In this document: one piece after another, positions 54,693-64,000 of the stretch | Position numbering within the stretch: the stretch's first letter is position 1 | How the letters are laid out: every line of letters begins with the position of its first letter | Assembly (NCBI GenBank): GCA_965660445.1 | Contig: CBFIAK010000002.1 | Location: forward strand, 1 to 64,000 | Direction of reading: 5' to 3' | From: Patescibacteria group bacterium | Lineage (GTDB): Bacteria > Patescibacteriota > Gracilibacteria > UBA4473 | Length of the DNA stretch: 64,000 nucleotides | Notes under the pieces: model-generated | Told to the model about the DNA's origin: nothing | Database searches by the model: none | The model's input: only the letters and a program-made list of their open reading frames with translations | Made by a program: the position numbers and the translations under genes

Positions 54693-56777
54693 CTACTCTT
54701 GTGATTCGGCTCGTCGGCGAAGTATTTCTTCTGGGTTACTGGTAATGATTCGGTCTTCTCCAAAACTTGCAATAATTTCAATAGCAACGTGTTGATTTCC
54801 AGCAAAGAAAAGCCCTTGTCCGACGGTTGAGTTTAAGAGGAGATATTTCTCTCCATCAGTGAGATTAAATACTTTTTTAAGTCTCTCAATAGCAACAGGG
54901 GCTTGCCTGAGAAGGAGTTGCATTGAAGAGTTTGTAATGATTGGTTTCCCCCATTTACTGTCTAAGAAATCTTCTACGTCTTGCGTGATAGTTGTAATTC
55001 CTAAGTAGTATTTCCGTGCTCGTTTAGTCAGATTATGTAAAAATCGTCCAGAGTCTTCATATTGCACCATGTGCCATGCCTCATCAATAGCGAGTATCCG
55101 TTTTCGTAAATCAGATCGTACGCGGTTCCAAATAAAATTCAGAAGCATGTACATCGCAATCGGACGAAGTTGCTCTTCTAAATCACGAATACAAAAGACA
55201 ATGAGTCCAGAATTTAAATCAACATTTGTTACATCAGAAAAAAGTCCTGAAAATGTTCCTTTGGTGTATTTTTCCAGTCTTATGGCAAGATTTTTTGAAC
55301 CATCAAGGGAATGGAGAACGTCTTCAAGATCAACCATGGTCGGCATTTCGTATTCCCATGGGTTTTCAGTTTGAAGTGTGATTCCTTTGAGTTCATAGGT
55401 TTGTAAAATGGCTTTATCCATTAAGGCTTCTTCTTCAGGGGTGAGTTTTCCAAGCATGATATTAAGAAGCCCTAAAAGATTGATAGTGTTTTCTTTGATG
55501 AGTTCTCCTGGACGAATATCGTCTTTATCAATAGGAAGGGGAAGATCAAACGGATTGATTCGGTGATTTGATGTGAGCGAAATATGAACATAACTTCCAC
55601 CAACTGTTTTTGCGAGTTCTTCGTATTCGTTTTCTGGATCAAGAACAATAACATCGGTTCCCATCATGAGAGACCGAAGAATTTCGAGTTTTACGGCATA
55701 TGATTTACCAGCCCCAGATTTCGCAAATACAACTGCATTTGCATTTTCTAAATCAAATCGGTCAAAGATAATAAGAGAATTGTTATGTCGATTAATACCA
55801 TACAAAATTCCACTATCAGTTGTAAGATCGTTTGATACAAAAGGAAATGTTGTTGAAAGAGGAGAAGTGTTCATGTTGCGTGTTACCTCTAGCAGATCAA
55901 CGCCTTGTGGAGTTGTTGATGTAAATCCTCGTTCCGTTCGAAAATCACTACTTCGAGTCATAACCAACTGTCCTCCAAGTATGGTTTCGATTTGTTTACT
56001 GGTTTCTTTTAGTTTTTCGTCTGATTCAGCATAAACGGTTAAATACATTCCCACATGAAAAAATTTTTCCATACCACGTTGTAAATCGATTCGTAACTGT
56101 TGTGCATCTTCAAGTGCCGTATCTAAGGATGTACTGTTTATTTTTCCTTGTTTTTCGTTTATGTGTTTTGTTGAAATCATTTCTACCACTTTTCGTCGCA
56201 GAACTTTCATAATTTTCGCGGAATCACGAGGATACACAAAAAGCGATAAATCAAATGTTGCATCAAAGTTTATAATCGGATTAAGCCAGTTTGCTTCTAG
56301 ATATCGTGGGTAGTTGTATACATAATATGTTCGTGCGTGAGCACTATTTATTTGAATACTATTCGTAGAAATCTCCATAGAAGATGGAGCGATAAGGTCT
56401 TTGACGGATATAATCCCTTCTCTATATTTTTTTTCTGATTCAATGATGCGTTTTCGCATTTCATTGGTCAGTTTTTTCTTGTCTCGTTTTGGATCAAAAT
56501 TTTCAAAAAAGGCATCTAAGTCACCCATTTCTTTTTCTTTTTTTTCGTTTTCAGCTTTTTCGTTCTCAGCCTCTTCTTCTTTATCGGTTCCCCATTTTTT
56601 TCTTATTTTCTCAGCAATACCATACCCAAAAGTTCCTTTTTTCTCTTTACTGGCTATGACAATATCTTTTGTTTCTTTTTCTTCAGTTCCGTTATTCGGT
56701 TTGGTATTGTCTGTATCCACTTGAGGGGGGAGTGGTTGGTTGCTCTGAGATGTTGTTGTTTTTTGTTCTTCACTCAT
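54693..56777 (-). CDS. virB4: VirB4-like (TraC/ConE, DUF87) secretion ATPase
   Basis: LSTTFPF, GILYGIN, IIFDRF, NANAVVFAKSGAGKSY, DPENEY, INPFD, IDEAW, RARKY, ITQDVEDF. Confidence 0.88.
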   Translation of the reverse strand: MSEEQKTTTSQSNQPLPPQVDTDNTKPNNGTEEKETKDIVIASKEKKGTFGYGIAEKIRKKWGTDKEEEAENEKAENEKKEKEMGDLDAFFENFDPKRDKKKLTNEMRKRIIESEKKYREGIISVKDLIAPSSMEISTNSIQINSAHARTYYVYNYPRYLEANWLNPIINFDATFDLSLFVYPRDSAKIMKVLRRKVVEMISTKHINEKQGKINSTSLDTALEDAQQLRIDLQRGMEKFFHVGMYLTVYAESDEKLKETSKQIETILGGQLVMTRSSDFRTERGFTSTTPQGVDLLEVTRNMNTSPLSTTFPFVSNDLTTDSGILYGINRHNNSLIIFDRFDLENANAVVFAKSGAGKSYAVKLEILRSLMMGTDVIVLDPENEYEELAKTVGGSYVHISLTSNHRINPFDLPLPIDKDDIRPGELIKENTINLLGLLNIMLGKLTPEEEALMDKAILQTYELKGITLQTENPWEYEMPTMVDLEDVLHSLDGSKNLAIRLEKYTKGTFSGLFSDVTNVDLNSGLIVFCIRDLEEQLRPIAMYMLLNFIWNRVRSDLRKRILAIDEAWHMVQYEDSGRFLHNLTKRARKYYLGITTITQDVEDFLDSKWGKPIITNSSMQLLLRQAPVAIERLKKVFNLTDGEKYLLLNSTVGQGLFFAGNQHVAIEIIASFGEDRIITSNPEEILRRRAESQE

Positions 56778-56833
56778 GAGATATATATCATTTTATTATA
56801 GCACAGAGAGCCAGAAAATACAAACATTTTCCC

Positions 56834-58012
56834 TTATTGGCTTGCGAGTGAACGGCTAAATTCGAGTGGTTGTCCTGCAATGCGACGGAGTTCATTTCGA
56901 TTCGCCTCATAGGCGAGTTGGTATTCCCATTCTTGTGCGAGATCTTGTTGTTGGTTTTCAAGAATTTGATTCAGTACTTTTTTTGTTGACGGTCCTACTT
57001 TTCCTGCGCCTAAAGCGTTTTTACTCCGGATAATATTGTGAGCGATTTGAAAATCAATGAGTGCGTTTTTTGTAATAGGGCCAAAGTATCCCGTTGGATG
57101 AACCATCATGAATTCTTCTTGTACCAATATGTTTTGAAGTTTGAAAACTTCATGGTTTCGAGTACCTGTTGATAATTCGTTTTCAAAATGAAAACTATCC
57201 CATGCTTCTTTTATTTTTTCTTCAACACTCTTTTTATACAGTACTTCGGTTAGTTTTGCTCGTGTTTGTGGACCAAAGACCCCTGCTCCGATATCTGTTT
57301 TCTTCTCAACTACAAAGTGTTGTTTCTGAAACTGAAATACTCCCTCTTTTACTTTTTCATTATAGATACCATCTTGAAATCCTTCATAGAGTCTTAACGT
57401 GTGAAGTGCTTGTTGGAGTAATGCGACTTTTTCTCCACTGTTTCCAAAAGAAAGATTCGTATTGAATATCGGACGTTGTGGCAAATCAATAATGTCTCCT
57501 AGTTGTGGAGGAACTTCGAAATTCATAAATACACGTATATCGGCATTACTTGGATATACAGTTCCTTTCTTTTGTTTTACGCCCCAAGCAAGCGCTCGGA
57601 GGAGTCCTTCTTCGCCATATCCCATCCAAATATCAATACGATCATGTTGAGCGAGCGTTGTCTTGCCGGCTTCTACAATAGCTCCTCCTCGGTCATGAAC
57701 CATTCCGCATCCAACCCCCTCAAAACAAATTTTCGTACCAAATGCATAGCTTTTTGGAGCAGCAATCATTCCCGCATATACAGGCGTTCCATCAGCTCCG
57801 GCAATACCTTCCCCATTGAGTCGTTTTTCCGATTCATACGTTCCAGTAATATAAAAGTTTTGGTTTGGAAGTGGTGAATAATACCCTGTTATAGTGAACA
57901 TTCTTTGTTCCCCTTGAGTTTGTGCTTGTGCATATTGAGTGTGACTGAGTATTGAAAAACAGAAAACAAGAAGTGTTGAAAATGGTATGCTTTTTAATTT
58001 TGAAAATCTCAT
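56834..58012 (-). CDS. Secreted 3D/RlpA-like peptidoglycan hydrolase with PG-binding domains
   Basis: Signal peptide; ITGYYSP, IAAPKSYAFGT, VHDRGGAI, RIDIWMG; two PG_binding_1-like repeats (VALLQQAL...FGPQT; VFKLQ...TGYFGPITKNALIDFQ). Confidence 0.85.
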   Translation of the reverse strand: MRFSKLKSIPFSTLLVFCFSILSHTQYAQAQTQGEQRMFTITGYYSPLPNQNFYITGTYESEKRLNGEGIAGADGTPVYAGMIAAPKSYAFGTKICFEGVGCGMVHDRGGAIVEAGKTTLAQHDRIDIWMGYGEEGLLRALAWGVKQKKGTVYPSNADIRVFMNFEVPPQLGDIIDLPQRPIFNTNLSFGNSGEKVALLQQALHTLRLYEGFQDGIYNEKVKEGVFQFQKQHFVVEKKTDIGAGVFGPQTRAKLTEVLYKKSVEEKIKEAWDSFHFENELSTGTRNHEVFKLQNILVQEEFMMVHPTGYFGPITKNALIDFQIAHNIIRSKNALGAGKVGPSTKKVLNQILENQQQDLAQEWEYQLAYEANRNELRRIAGQPLEFSRSLASQ

Positions 58013-58140
58013 AACACTTTTGATATAAAATAAAAATGATTGAGTTGTATAAAAAAAATATACTATTTTTTACAAAATAGTAATTTTTCTGTATTGATTT
58101 TCTGTTGTTTTTTATGGTTTTATAACCTTTCAAGGCGGAG

Positions 58141-58569
58141 TTATTTTTGTTCCCATTGTAAGAGTTCTTGGAATATTTGGGTTTCTCGAATACTCTTAAA
58201 ATCAGGATCGTCTTTGGCTAAGTCAACTGCATAATTATGAATAAAGACGGCTTGGGTTAGTGTATGGAGTGCTTCTTCTGTGTTGCCAAGCTTTGCAAAT
58301 GCACAGGCTTTATTATAGAGTGACTCAAACCGATGAGGTATTATTTCGAGGGAGATATTGTACCAATGAATAGCTTTTTCGTATTCTTGTTGATAGAAAA
58401 ATGAATCTGCTTTTATGCGAGCATCATACTCTTGTTGAAGTGTTGTGTTGATATTGTGTTGCGTGTTTGGTTTTTGTTGAGCTTGCGAAATAGAAATGCC
58501 CATAAGAATCAGCATAACGAGGCATAGTGTTTGGAACTGAGGAGAAAAAAATTTCATATAGAAAAACAA
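58141..58569 (-). CDS. Secreted TPR protein
   Basis: Signal peptide; YEKAIHWY, LYNKACAFAKLG, AKDDPDFKSIR. Confidence 0.85.
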   Translation of the reverse strand: MFFYMKFFSPQFQTLCLVMLILMGISISQAQQKPNTQHNINTTLQQEYDARIKADSFFYQQEYEKAIHWYNISLEIIPHRFESLYNKACAFAKLGNTEEALHTLTQAVFIHNYAVDLAKDDPDFKSIRETQIFQELLQWEQK

Positions 58570-58620
58570 GAGAAAATAAGAAGTGTTTGTTTTTATATAT
58601 GTGTTTGAAAAATGAATGCC

Positions 58621-59289
58621 TTATTCAACGAGTGTTAAAAACTCCTCATTATCCCATAAGTTTTGAAGGTCGGTGTCTTCAACGGCAAATGTCTTTGCTT
58701 CTGAGTTGAGTTCAAATGCTATACGGAGATGACGTAATGCATCTGCTTCGTTTCCCATAAGTGCGTATATGCAGGCTTTGTTGTAATATGCGGGAAAATT
58801 GTCTTGAGTGATAGCAAGTGATTGATCGTATATATTTAATGCTTCTTCATATTGTCCAAGTTTTAAAAGAGCGGCTCCTTTATCGCTTAAAAAGTTTGAA
58901 TTGTTGGGTTCCATTTCAATCAGTTGATCATATTGAGTAATAGCTTCTTCGTATCGTTCGAGTGTGTAGAGAATACGAGCTTTGTTATTGATTGGTATTT
59001 TTCGCATATCTTCAGGGGCGATCTCTAAAGCAGACTCAAACATTTCGAGTGCTCCTTCAAAATTTCCACTCGTGGCTTGTTGCATGCCTTTTGTAATGAA
59101 GTTTTGCGTTGCTTGACGGTTGATTGATTCCACAGAAGCGCCAAGCTTTTCATTTGTTGCTTGTGGTATTTCCATCTGAGACGTTGTATCTTGTGTTGCC
59201 GTATCGATGGGTGCATCGAATTGCGTAACACGATTTGAGCTACATCCAGTAAGAAAGAGGAGGATAAGAAATGCGATAGTATGTTTCAT
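58621..59289 (-). CDS. TPR lipoprotein
   Basis: Lipobox LTG|C; several TPRs; YYNKACIYALMG, AVEDTDLQNLW. Confidence 0.88.
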   Translation of the reverse strand: MKHTIAFLILLFLTGCSSNRVTQFDAPIDTATQDTTSQMEIPQATNEKLGASVESINRQATQNFITKGMQQATSGNFEGALEMFESALEIAPEDMRKIPINNKARILYTLERYEEAITQYDQLIEMEPNNSNFLSDKGAALLKLGQYEEALNIYDQSLAITQDNFPAYYNKACIYALMGNEADALRHLRIAFELNSEAKTFAVEDTDLQNLWDNEEFLTLVE

Positions 59290-59324
59290 AATGTTTAATA
59301 AAAAATAAAAAAAATCGAAATATG

Positions 59325-60755
59325 TTAAAATCCCGCTTGTCGGGTTTTTTCAAGGTTATCAAATTTCATACGTGCACGATCAAATAAAATAGAAACTCGT
59401 CCGATGTCACCATTTCTGTGTTTTATAATATTGAGTTCGAGTTCGTTTTTTCGTTCAGAATCTTCATTGTAGTAGTCATCTCGGTAAAGCATAACAACAA
59501 TATCAGCATCTTGTTCGATAGATCCAGATTCTCTTAAATCAGAGAGTACGGGGCGTTTATCGACTCGACTTTCAACATTCCGAGAAAGCTGAGAAAGGGC
59601 AATGATTGGAATATGAAGTTCTCGTGCGAGTTGTTTTATGTTTCGGGATATATCTGATATTTCTTGGACTCTGTTCATTGGGTTTCCTCCGCTCATGAGC
59701 TGGAGATAATCGATAATGAGTAAATCAAGTCCGTGTTCCATTTGAAGTCGTCGTGCTTTTGCTCGGAGTTCTGTGATGCTTCCTCCCATTGTATCATCAA
59801 TAAATATAGGAGCTGTTGAGAGCTCCTCCATAACGGTTCCCATGCGCATGAAATCGGATTCATCAAGTTTTCCTTTATGGAGTTTCCATGATTCTATCCC
59901 AAGTCGACTACAGAGCATTCGATCGACAAGTTGCTCTTTTGACATTTCGAGCGAAATAACCCCCACTTTTTTGTTTTGTTCAATGGCAGATCTCATTCCC
60001 ATCTCAAGAGAGAACGCGGTTTTTCCCATAGAAGGACGGGCTGCAACAATAATGAGATCTGAGGGACTAAATCCACCATTGAGTTTGTTATCTAAGTCTC
60101 GGAAAGATGTTCCGATTTTGTTTTTATTCGCGAGTTCAGGGTTTTCGTTGATTTCACAAAATTTTTCATAACTGGCGGTAAGGATTTCTCGAATAGGGAT
60201 AAATCTATCTTTCAGAAATGTTTGAGAAATAGAGAAGATTCTTTTTTCAGCCGCTTCGAGTAGTTCCTCGATATTTTTTTCCATATCGTACCCGAGATTG
60301 GTGATTTCATTTCCCGCTTTGATGAGTTTTCGTAGTGTTGCTCGGTGTTTTACAATTTGTGCGTATTGGAATATATGGTTTCCAATCGGGACTTCGTTTG
60401 AAATTTCTGCTAGATACTCAGCACCACCAATAAGTTCAAGTTTCTCAGATGCTTGTAATTTTGTAGCAAGAGTAATCAGATCAATAGGTTCTGCTTTATG
60501 AAAAAGATTTAAACAGGCAGCATAGATGTATCCATGATGATCATGGTAGAAATCTTCTGAAGAAAGGAAATCGGCAATTTGTATAATTGCTTCTTTGCTT
60601 TGCAAGAGTGACCCCAGTACAGCTCTTTCGGCATCAAGTGCTTGGGGGACAACTTTTTTCCCGAGTTCAGTGGTGTTGTACTGACGCATCAAAGACTCAA
60701 TAGCACTTGTGCTATTGCTTGATGTTTTTTGTACATCAGAAGAAGGAATACTCAT
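59325..60755 (-). CDS. dnaB: Replicative DNA helicase
   Basis: PQALDAERAVLGSLL, IVAARPSMGKTAF, SLEMS, IIDYLQLM, ALSQLSR, DLRESGSIEQDAD, KHRNG. Confidence 0.99.
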   Translation of the reverse strand: MSIPSSDVQKTSSNSTSAIESLMRQYNTTELGKKVVPQALDAERAVLGSLLQSKEAIIQIADFLSSEDFYHDHHGYIYAACLNLFHKAEPIDLITLATKLQASEKLELIGGAEYLAEISNEVPIGNHIFQYAQIVKHRATLRKLIKAGNEITNLGYDMEKNIEELLEAAEKRIFSISQTFLKDRFIPIREILTASYEKFCEINENPELANKNKIGTSFRDLDNKLNGGFSPSDLIIVAARPSMGKTAFSLEMGMRSAIEQNKKVGVISLEMSKEQLVDRMLCSRLGIESWKLHKGKLDESDFMRMGTVMEELSTAPIFIDDTMGGSITELRAKARRLQMEHGLDLLIIDYLQLMSGGNPMNRVQEISDISRNIKQLARELHIPIIALSQLSRNVESRVDKRPVLSDLRESGSIEQDADIVVMLYRDDYYNEDSERKNELELNIIKHRNGDIGRVSILFDRARMKFDNLEKTRQAGF

Positions 60756-60881
60756 GGAAAAGTGAAACAAAGAGGGGAATTGGTTCCTTTTTGTTGTACG
60801 TATTTTTACCGGTTTTGTAAAGTTTTCTTTTTGTGAGATACTCTTTTTTTGATAGAGTAATGATGTTTTTTACTTTCTTTC

Positions 60882-62138
60882 ATGATTACTTTTGATTTTC
60901 AAAATATGCTTTCTGTTTTGCGTATGGAATCTGTTCAGGATTGTGCTTTGCAGGAAGAATCTATACAATTGCTTCAGAACCGTTTTATGAGTCGGAATCA
61001 GCGATTTTATGCCGCTCTTGATGAAGATGCTTTATTGGTGCAAATGGAATCGTTTGTTGATTCTTTATCTGATATGTATACAGATATTGTCCTTCTTGGT
61101 ATTGGTGGTTCGGCTTTAGGGCCGAAAACTATTCGTGATGCATTGGGATCAAAGAATAATCGTCGATTGCATGTGTATGAAAATATTGATCCAGATTTTG
61201 TGTGTCGACATTCTGAAACGTTTGATCTTGAGAATACGTTGTTTTTAGTGGTGAGCAAATCGGGAAAGACAACAGAAACACTGGCACAATATTTTTATTT
61301 TTTAGAACGGATTCAGCAAACAAATCGGAACCCTCAACACCACTTTGTGTTTATAACAGAAGAAGGTTCATTGCTTCATGAGGAATCACAACGATATAAT
61401 GCCCCTTTTTTTCCTATTGCAAAAGATATTGGAGGAAGATTCTCGGTATTTACTCCTGTAGGAATTCTTCCGGCTTTACTTTTAGGAATTGATGTACAAT
61501 CTTTTTTACAAGGAGCAAAAGATATGAGAGTTTCATTTTTTGAGCATTCGTGGGAACAAAATATACCTGCACAAGTAGCACAAATACAATTCCTCTCTCT
61601 GATGAAGAAAAGAACAAAAAATGTATTCATGCCATATATTCATTCTTTACGGACGTTTTCAGATTGGTTTGTTCAATTAGTTGCAGAATCAACTGGCAAG
61701 ACGAATGAAAATGGGGAAAAAGTAGGTATCACTCCTATTCCAGCTTTAGGTGCGACTGATCAGCATTCACAACTTCAGTTGTTTTCAGAAGGGCCACGGG
61801 ATGTATATGTGTTTTTTGTGAAGTCAAAAACGGCTTACAAGGCAGACCCCTTTGTTGTTCCTGAACATTTTCGTTCAGAATATTCTTTTTTAAATGGTAT
61901 TTCTTTTCATACATTGCTCAATACACAGCATCAAGCAACATCGGATTCTTTGGTGGAATCTGGATGTGGAAATGCTACGTTTGTTCTGGATTGTTTAGAT
62001 GCGTATCATTTAGGGGCTCTTTTCTTTTTGTTTTTAGGCAGTACGGCTTACGTGGGTGAATTGATGGATATTGATGCTTTTAATCAACCAGGGGTAGAGC
62101 GATCAAAAGTGTTGACGCGTCAATACTTGAGTGCATAG
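60882..62138 (+). CDS. pgi: Glucose-6-phosphate isomerase
   Basis: LGIGGSALG, VSKSGKTTET, IGGRFSV, QLVAESTGK, GATDQHSQLQL, AFNQPGVE. Confidence 0.97.
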   Translation: MITFDFQNMLSVLRMESVQDCALQEESIQLLQNRFMSRNQRFYAALDEDALLVQMESFVDSLSDMYTDIVLLGIGGSALGPKTIRDALGSKNNRRLHVYENIDPDFVCRHSETFDLENTLFLVVSKSGKTTETLAQYFYFLERIQQTNRNPQHHFVFITEEGSLLHEESQRYNAPFFPIAKDIGGRFSVFTPVGILPALLLGIDVQSFLQGAKDMRVSFFEHSWEQNIPAQVAQIQFLSLMKKRTKNVFMPYIHSLRTFSDWFVQLVAESTGKTNENGEKVGITPIPALGATDQHSQLQLFSEGPRDVYVFFVKSKTAYKADPFVVPEHFRSEYSFLNGISFHTLLNTQHQATSDSLVESGCGNATFVLDCLDAYHLGALFFLFLGSTAYVGELMDIDAFNQPGVERSKVLTRQYLSA

Positions 62139-62211
62139 GTTTTCGAGTTGCATTTCTTTTGGCGCATTTTATACTATCGGCACATATATTTTGTTTTTTA
62201 ATTTTTTTCTT

Positions 62212-62502
62212 ATGGGCATGTTTTCACAAATGGGCGATATGTATCGTCTTCAAAAAGAAGCGAAACGGTTAAAACAAGAACTCGCTCAAACACATATTTC
62301 TGCTGAAGAGTCAGGTGTAAAAGTAGTTGTGAGTGGAGAGCAAGAAGTTATTTCGTATGAGATACTCGATGATACTTTATTGGGTGACTCAAAAGCGTTA
62401 AGTTCGGCAACGGTCAAAGCGATGAATAAAGCCATGAAGAAAGCTCAAACCATTGCTGCTGAAAAAATGAAACCAATTATGGGAGGGTTAGGACTTGGAT
62501 AG
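62212..62502 (+). CDS. ybaB: YbaB/EbfC nucleoid-associated protein
   Basis: MGMFSQMGDMYRLQKEAKRLKQEL, GVKVVVSGEQEV, KAMNKAMKKAQ; ATG at 62212. Confidence 0.88.
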   Translation: MGMFSQMGDMYRLQKEAKRLKQELAQTHISAEESGVKVVVSGEQEVISYEILDDTLLGDSKALSSATVKAMNKAMKKAQTIAAEKMKPIMGGLGLG

Positions 62503-62535
62503 GTTTTCAATGGTATAACGAAAATATTTTAAAAG

Positions 62536-62567
62536 AAAACCGCTGATATTGTGTCAGCGGTTTATTT
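62536..62567. terminator. Stem-loop terminator between convergent genes
   Basis: AAACCGCTGA-TATTGTG-TCAGCGGTTT. Confidence 0.7.
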
Positions 62568-62597
62568 GATCTGAATCTTCCCCTAAAATTTAAAAAA

Positions 62598-62861
62598 TCA
62601 ATGTGTTTTTGGAATCCTGTTTCTTCTGAGGTGTCCAATTGATCGATATTCTATTTGTTGTAACGCGAAATAGGCAACATCGGTATTTTCACTTTTACTT
62701 AATTTTCGAAGTGTTTGGATGTTGGTGTTGGCATTTTGAGCTACTTGTATCAAAATTTCGGGATCTTCTTCTGTTGAAAGCATATCAAGAACGTTTGGTT
62801 GTCTTGATTGCTGTGCTTTTCTTGCCTTTTCTGCATTGGATAAGTTGTCCACGTTGTTCAT
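62598..62861 (-). CDS. Small hypothetical protein with LRV/HEAT-like helical repeat
   Basis: LDMLSTEEDPEILIQVAQNANTNIQTLRKLSKSE; AAGGAG ribosome-binding site upstream. Confidence 0.6.
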   Translation of the reverse strand: MNNVDNLSNAEKARKAQQSRQPNVLDMLSTEEDPEILIQVAQNANTNIQTLRKLSKSENTDVAYFALQQIEYRSIGHLRRNRIPKTH

Positions 62862-63028
62862 AAATGCTCCTTGTTTTTTAGTTTTGTAAAAAAATAGAAA
62901 AAATATTCGTTTTGGGAAAGATCACAGATTTAGTCTTAATGTATATTGTTTTGTTATTCTGTCAATTGTTGTGTTCTTGATTCTTTTTTCTTTTTTTCTA
63001 TTATTTGTTTCACTAGATTTTCTTTTTT

Positions 63029-63997
63029 ATGAAAAAAATAATTTTTCTTTGTTTCCTTTTTGTAAGTCTTTATTTTGGTGGTCGTGTTGCATTGGTATGG
63101 AATGTGCAAAACTCTGATTCTACTCAAAGAGTATCTTTTTCTATTCGCCCAGGTAGTTCGTTGAAATCAATTGCAGAACAACTTCATCAAGAAGGTCTGA
63201 TTCGTGATCCTTTTGTGTTTGAGCTTTTTGTGCGTTGGCATGATCTATCACAGAAATTACAAGCGGGGGATTATGTAATTCCTCAAAACTTAACGCATGC
63301 AGAACTTGTTGATATCTTGCAGAGAGCGAAAGCACAAGAAATACAACTGACTATTCCTGAAGGTTTTACAATTGCACAAATTGATGATTTGCTCGTTCGA
63401 AAAGCATTGATAGAACCTTTATCATTTATTGACTGTGCACAAACGTGTGATTTAGGGTTTCGTATCCCATCACTTGAAGGATATCTGTTTCCTGCAACGT
63501 ATGCTATAAACCCAAAAACATTTACACCTGAAGGATTTATTCGTCGTTTGTATGGAGAGTTTCAAAAACGTGTTGAGCCTTTTCGTGCAGAGATTGAGTC
63601 ATCAGGACGAACACTGGATGATATTGTTATCATGGCCTCTATGATTGAGCGAGAGGCCGTTTATGATGAAGAAATGGCTATGATTTCTGATGTATTGTGG
63701 AAACGAATTGATGAAGGGATAGCATTAGGTGTTGATGCCACAACGCGGTACGAAATTAATGATTGGAAACGCCCTCTTTATACAGCTGATTTTCAAAAGG
63801 ATACTCCATATAATACCCGAATACGAAAAGGTATGCCTCCAACCGCTATTTCAAACCCTGGAATAAGAGCTCTTCAAGCGGCGATTATGCCAGAACCAAA
63901 TCCATACTATTTTTATCTTCATGATAGTTCGGGTGGGATTCATTATGGGGTAACGTATAATGACCATTTAGAAAACAAGCGTCGGTATATCGACTAA
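63029..63997 (+). CDS. mltG: Endolytic transglycosylase MltG
   Basis: TM anchor; LQAGDY, LTIPEGF, LEGYLFPATY, MASMIERE, PYNTR..GMPPTAISNPG, YFYLHD. Confidence 0.96.
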   Translation: MKKIIFLCFLFVSLYFGGRVALVWNVQNSDSTQRVSFSIRPGSSLKSIAEQLHQEGLIRDPFVFELFVRWHDLSQKLQAGDYVIPQNLTHAELVDILQRAKAQEIQLTIPEGFTIAQIDDLLVRKALIEPLSFIDCAQTCDLGFRIPSLEGYLFPATYAINPKTFTPEGFIRRLYGEFQKRVEPFRAEIESSGRTLDDIVIMASMIEREAVYDEEMAMISDVLWKRIDEGIALGVDATTRYEINDWKRPLYTADFQKDTPYNTRIRKGMPPTAISNPGIRALQAAIMPEPNPYYFYLHDSSGGIHYGVTYNDHLENKRRYID

Positions 63998-64000
63998 TCT

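Noticed and set aside
54693-56777. Integrative conjugative element or prophage around virB4
   Set aside because: No integrase, relaxase, att-like repeats or phage structural genes; flanked by core genes
419-63335. Numerous 60-165-aa ORFs overlapping long genes on the opposite strand or in another frame
   Set aside because: Shadow ORFs of well-supported genes, with no motifs
1-64000. Genetic code 25 (UGA=Gly) as in BD1-5/SR1 Gracilibacteria
   Set aside because: Conserved genes are full length under code 11; nhaA and ftsE end in TGA, and ATGA stop/start overlaps occur at 39857-39860 and 52140-52143

Overview
Low-GC bacterial chromosome segment. Gene content points to a Patescibacteria (CPR) organism, probably Peregrinibacteria-like within class Gracilibacteria: fermentative glycolysis (eno, pyk, pgi), type IV pilins with prepilin peptidase, stand-alone VirB4-like ATPase, sortase, FemAB, LCP, SLH protein and many large orphan surface proteins. 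This taxonomy is inference. Genetic code 11 is in use (several genes end in TGA, two as ATGA overlaps). RNA genes: tRNA-Thr(UGU) and an A-type RNase P RNA. No CRISPR array, prophage or intact IS was seen. Main observations: (1) four large orphan proteins at 1-10153; the three with visible N-termini share an R-F-(L/V)-(Y/F)-(N/Q) motif instead of a Sec signal and carry LysM-like, LRR-like or outer-membrane beta-barrel-like domains, a candidate undescribed export signal/effector set; (2) a ~217-nt structured expansion of helix P9 in RNase P RNA; (3) a fibre-like surface gene split by a single in-frame TAA; (4) a 310-nt intergenic region made almost entirely of consecutive hairpins; (5) an LPKTG sortase substrate next to femAB; (6) several apparently leaderless genes.
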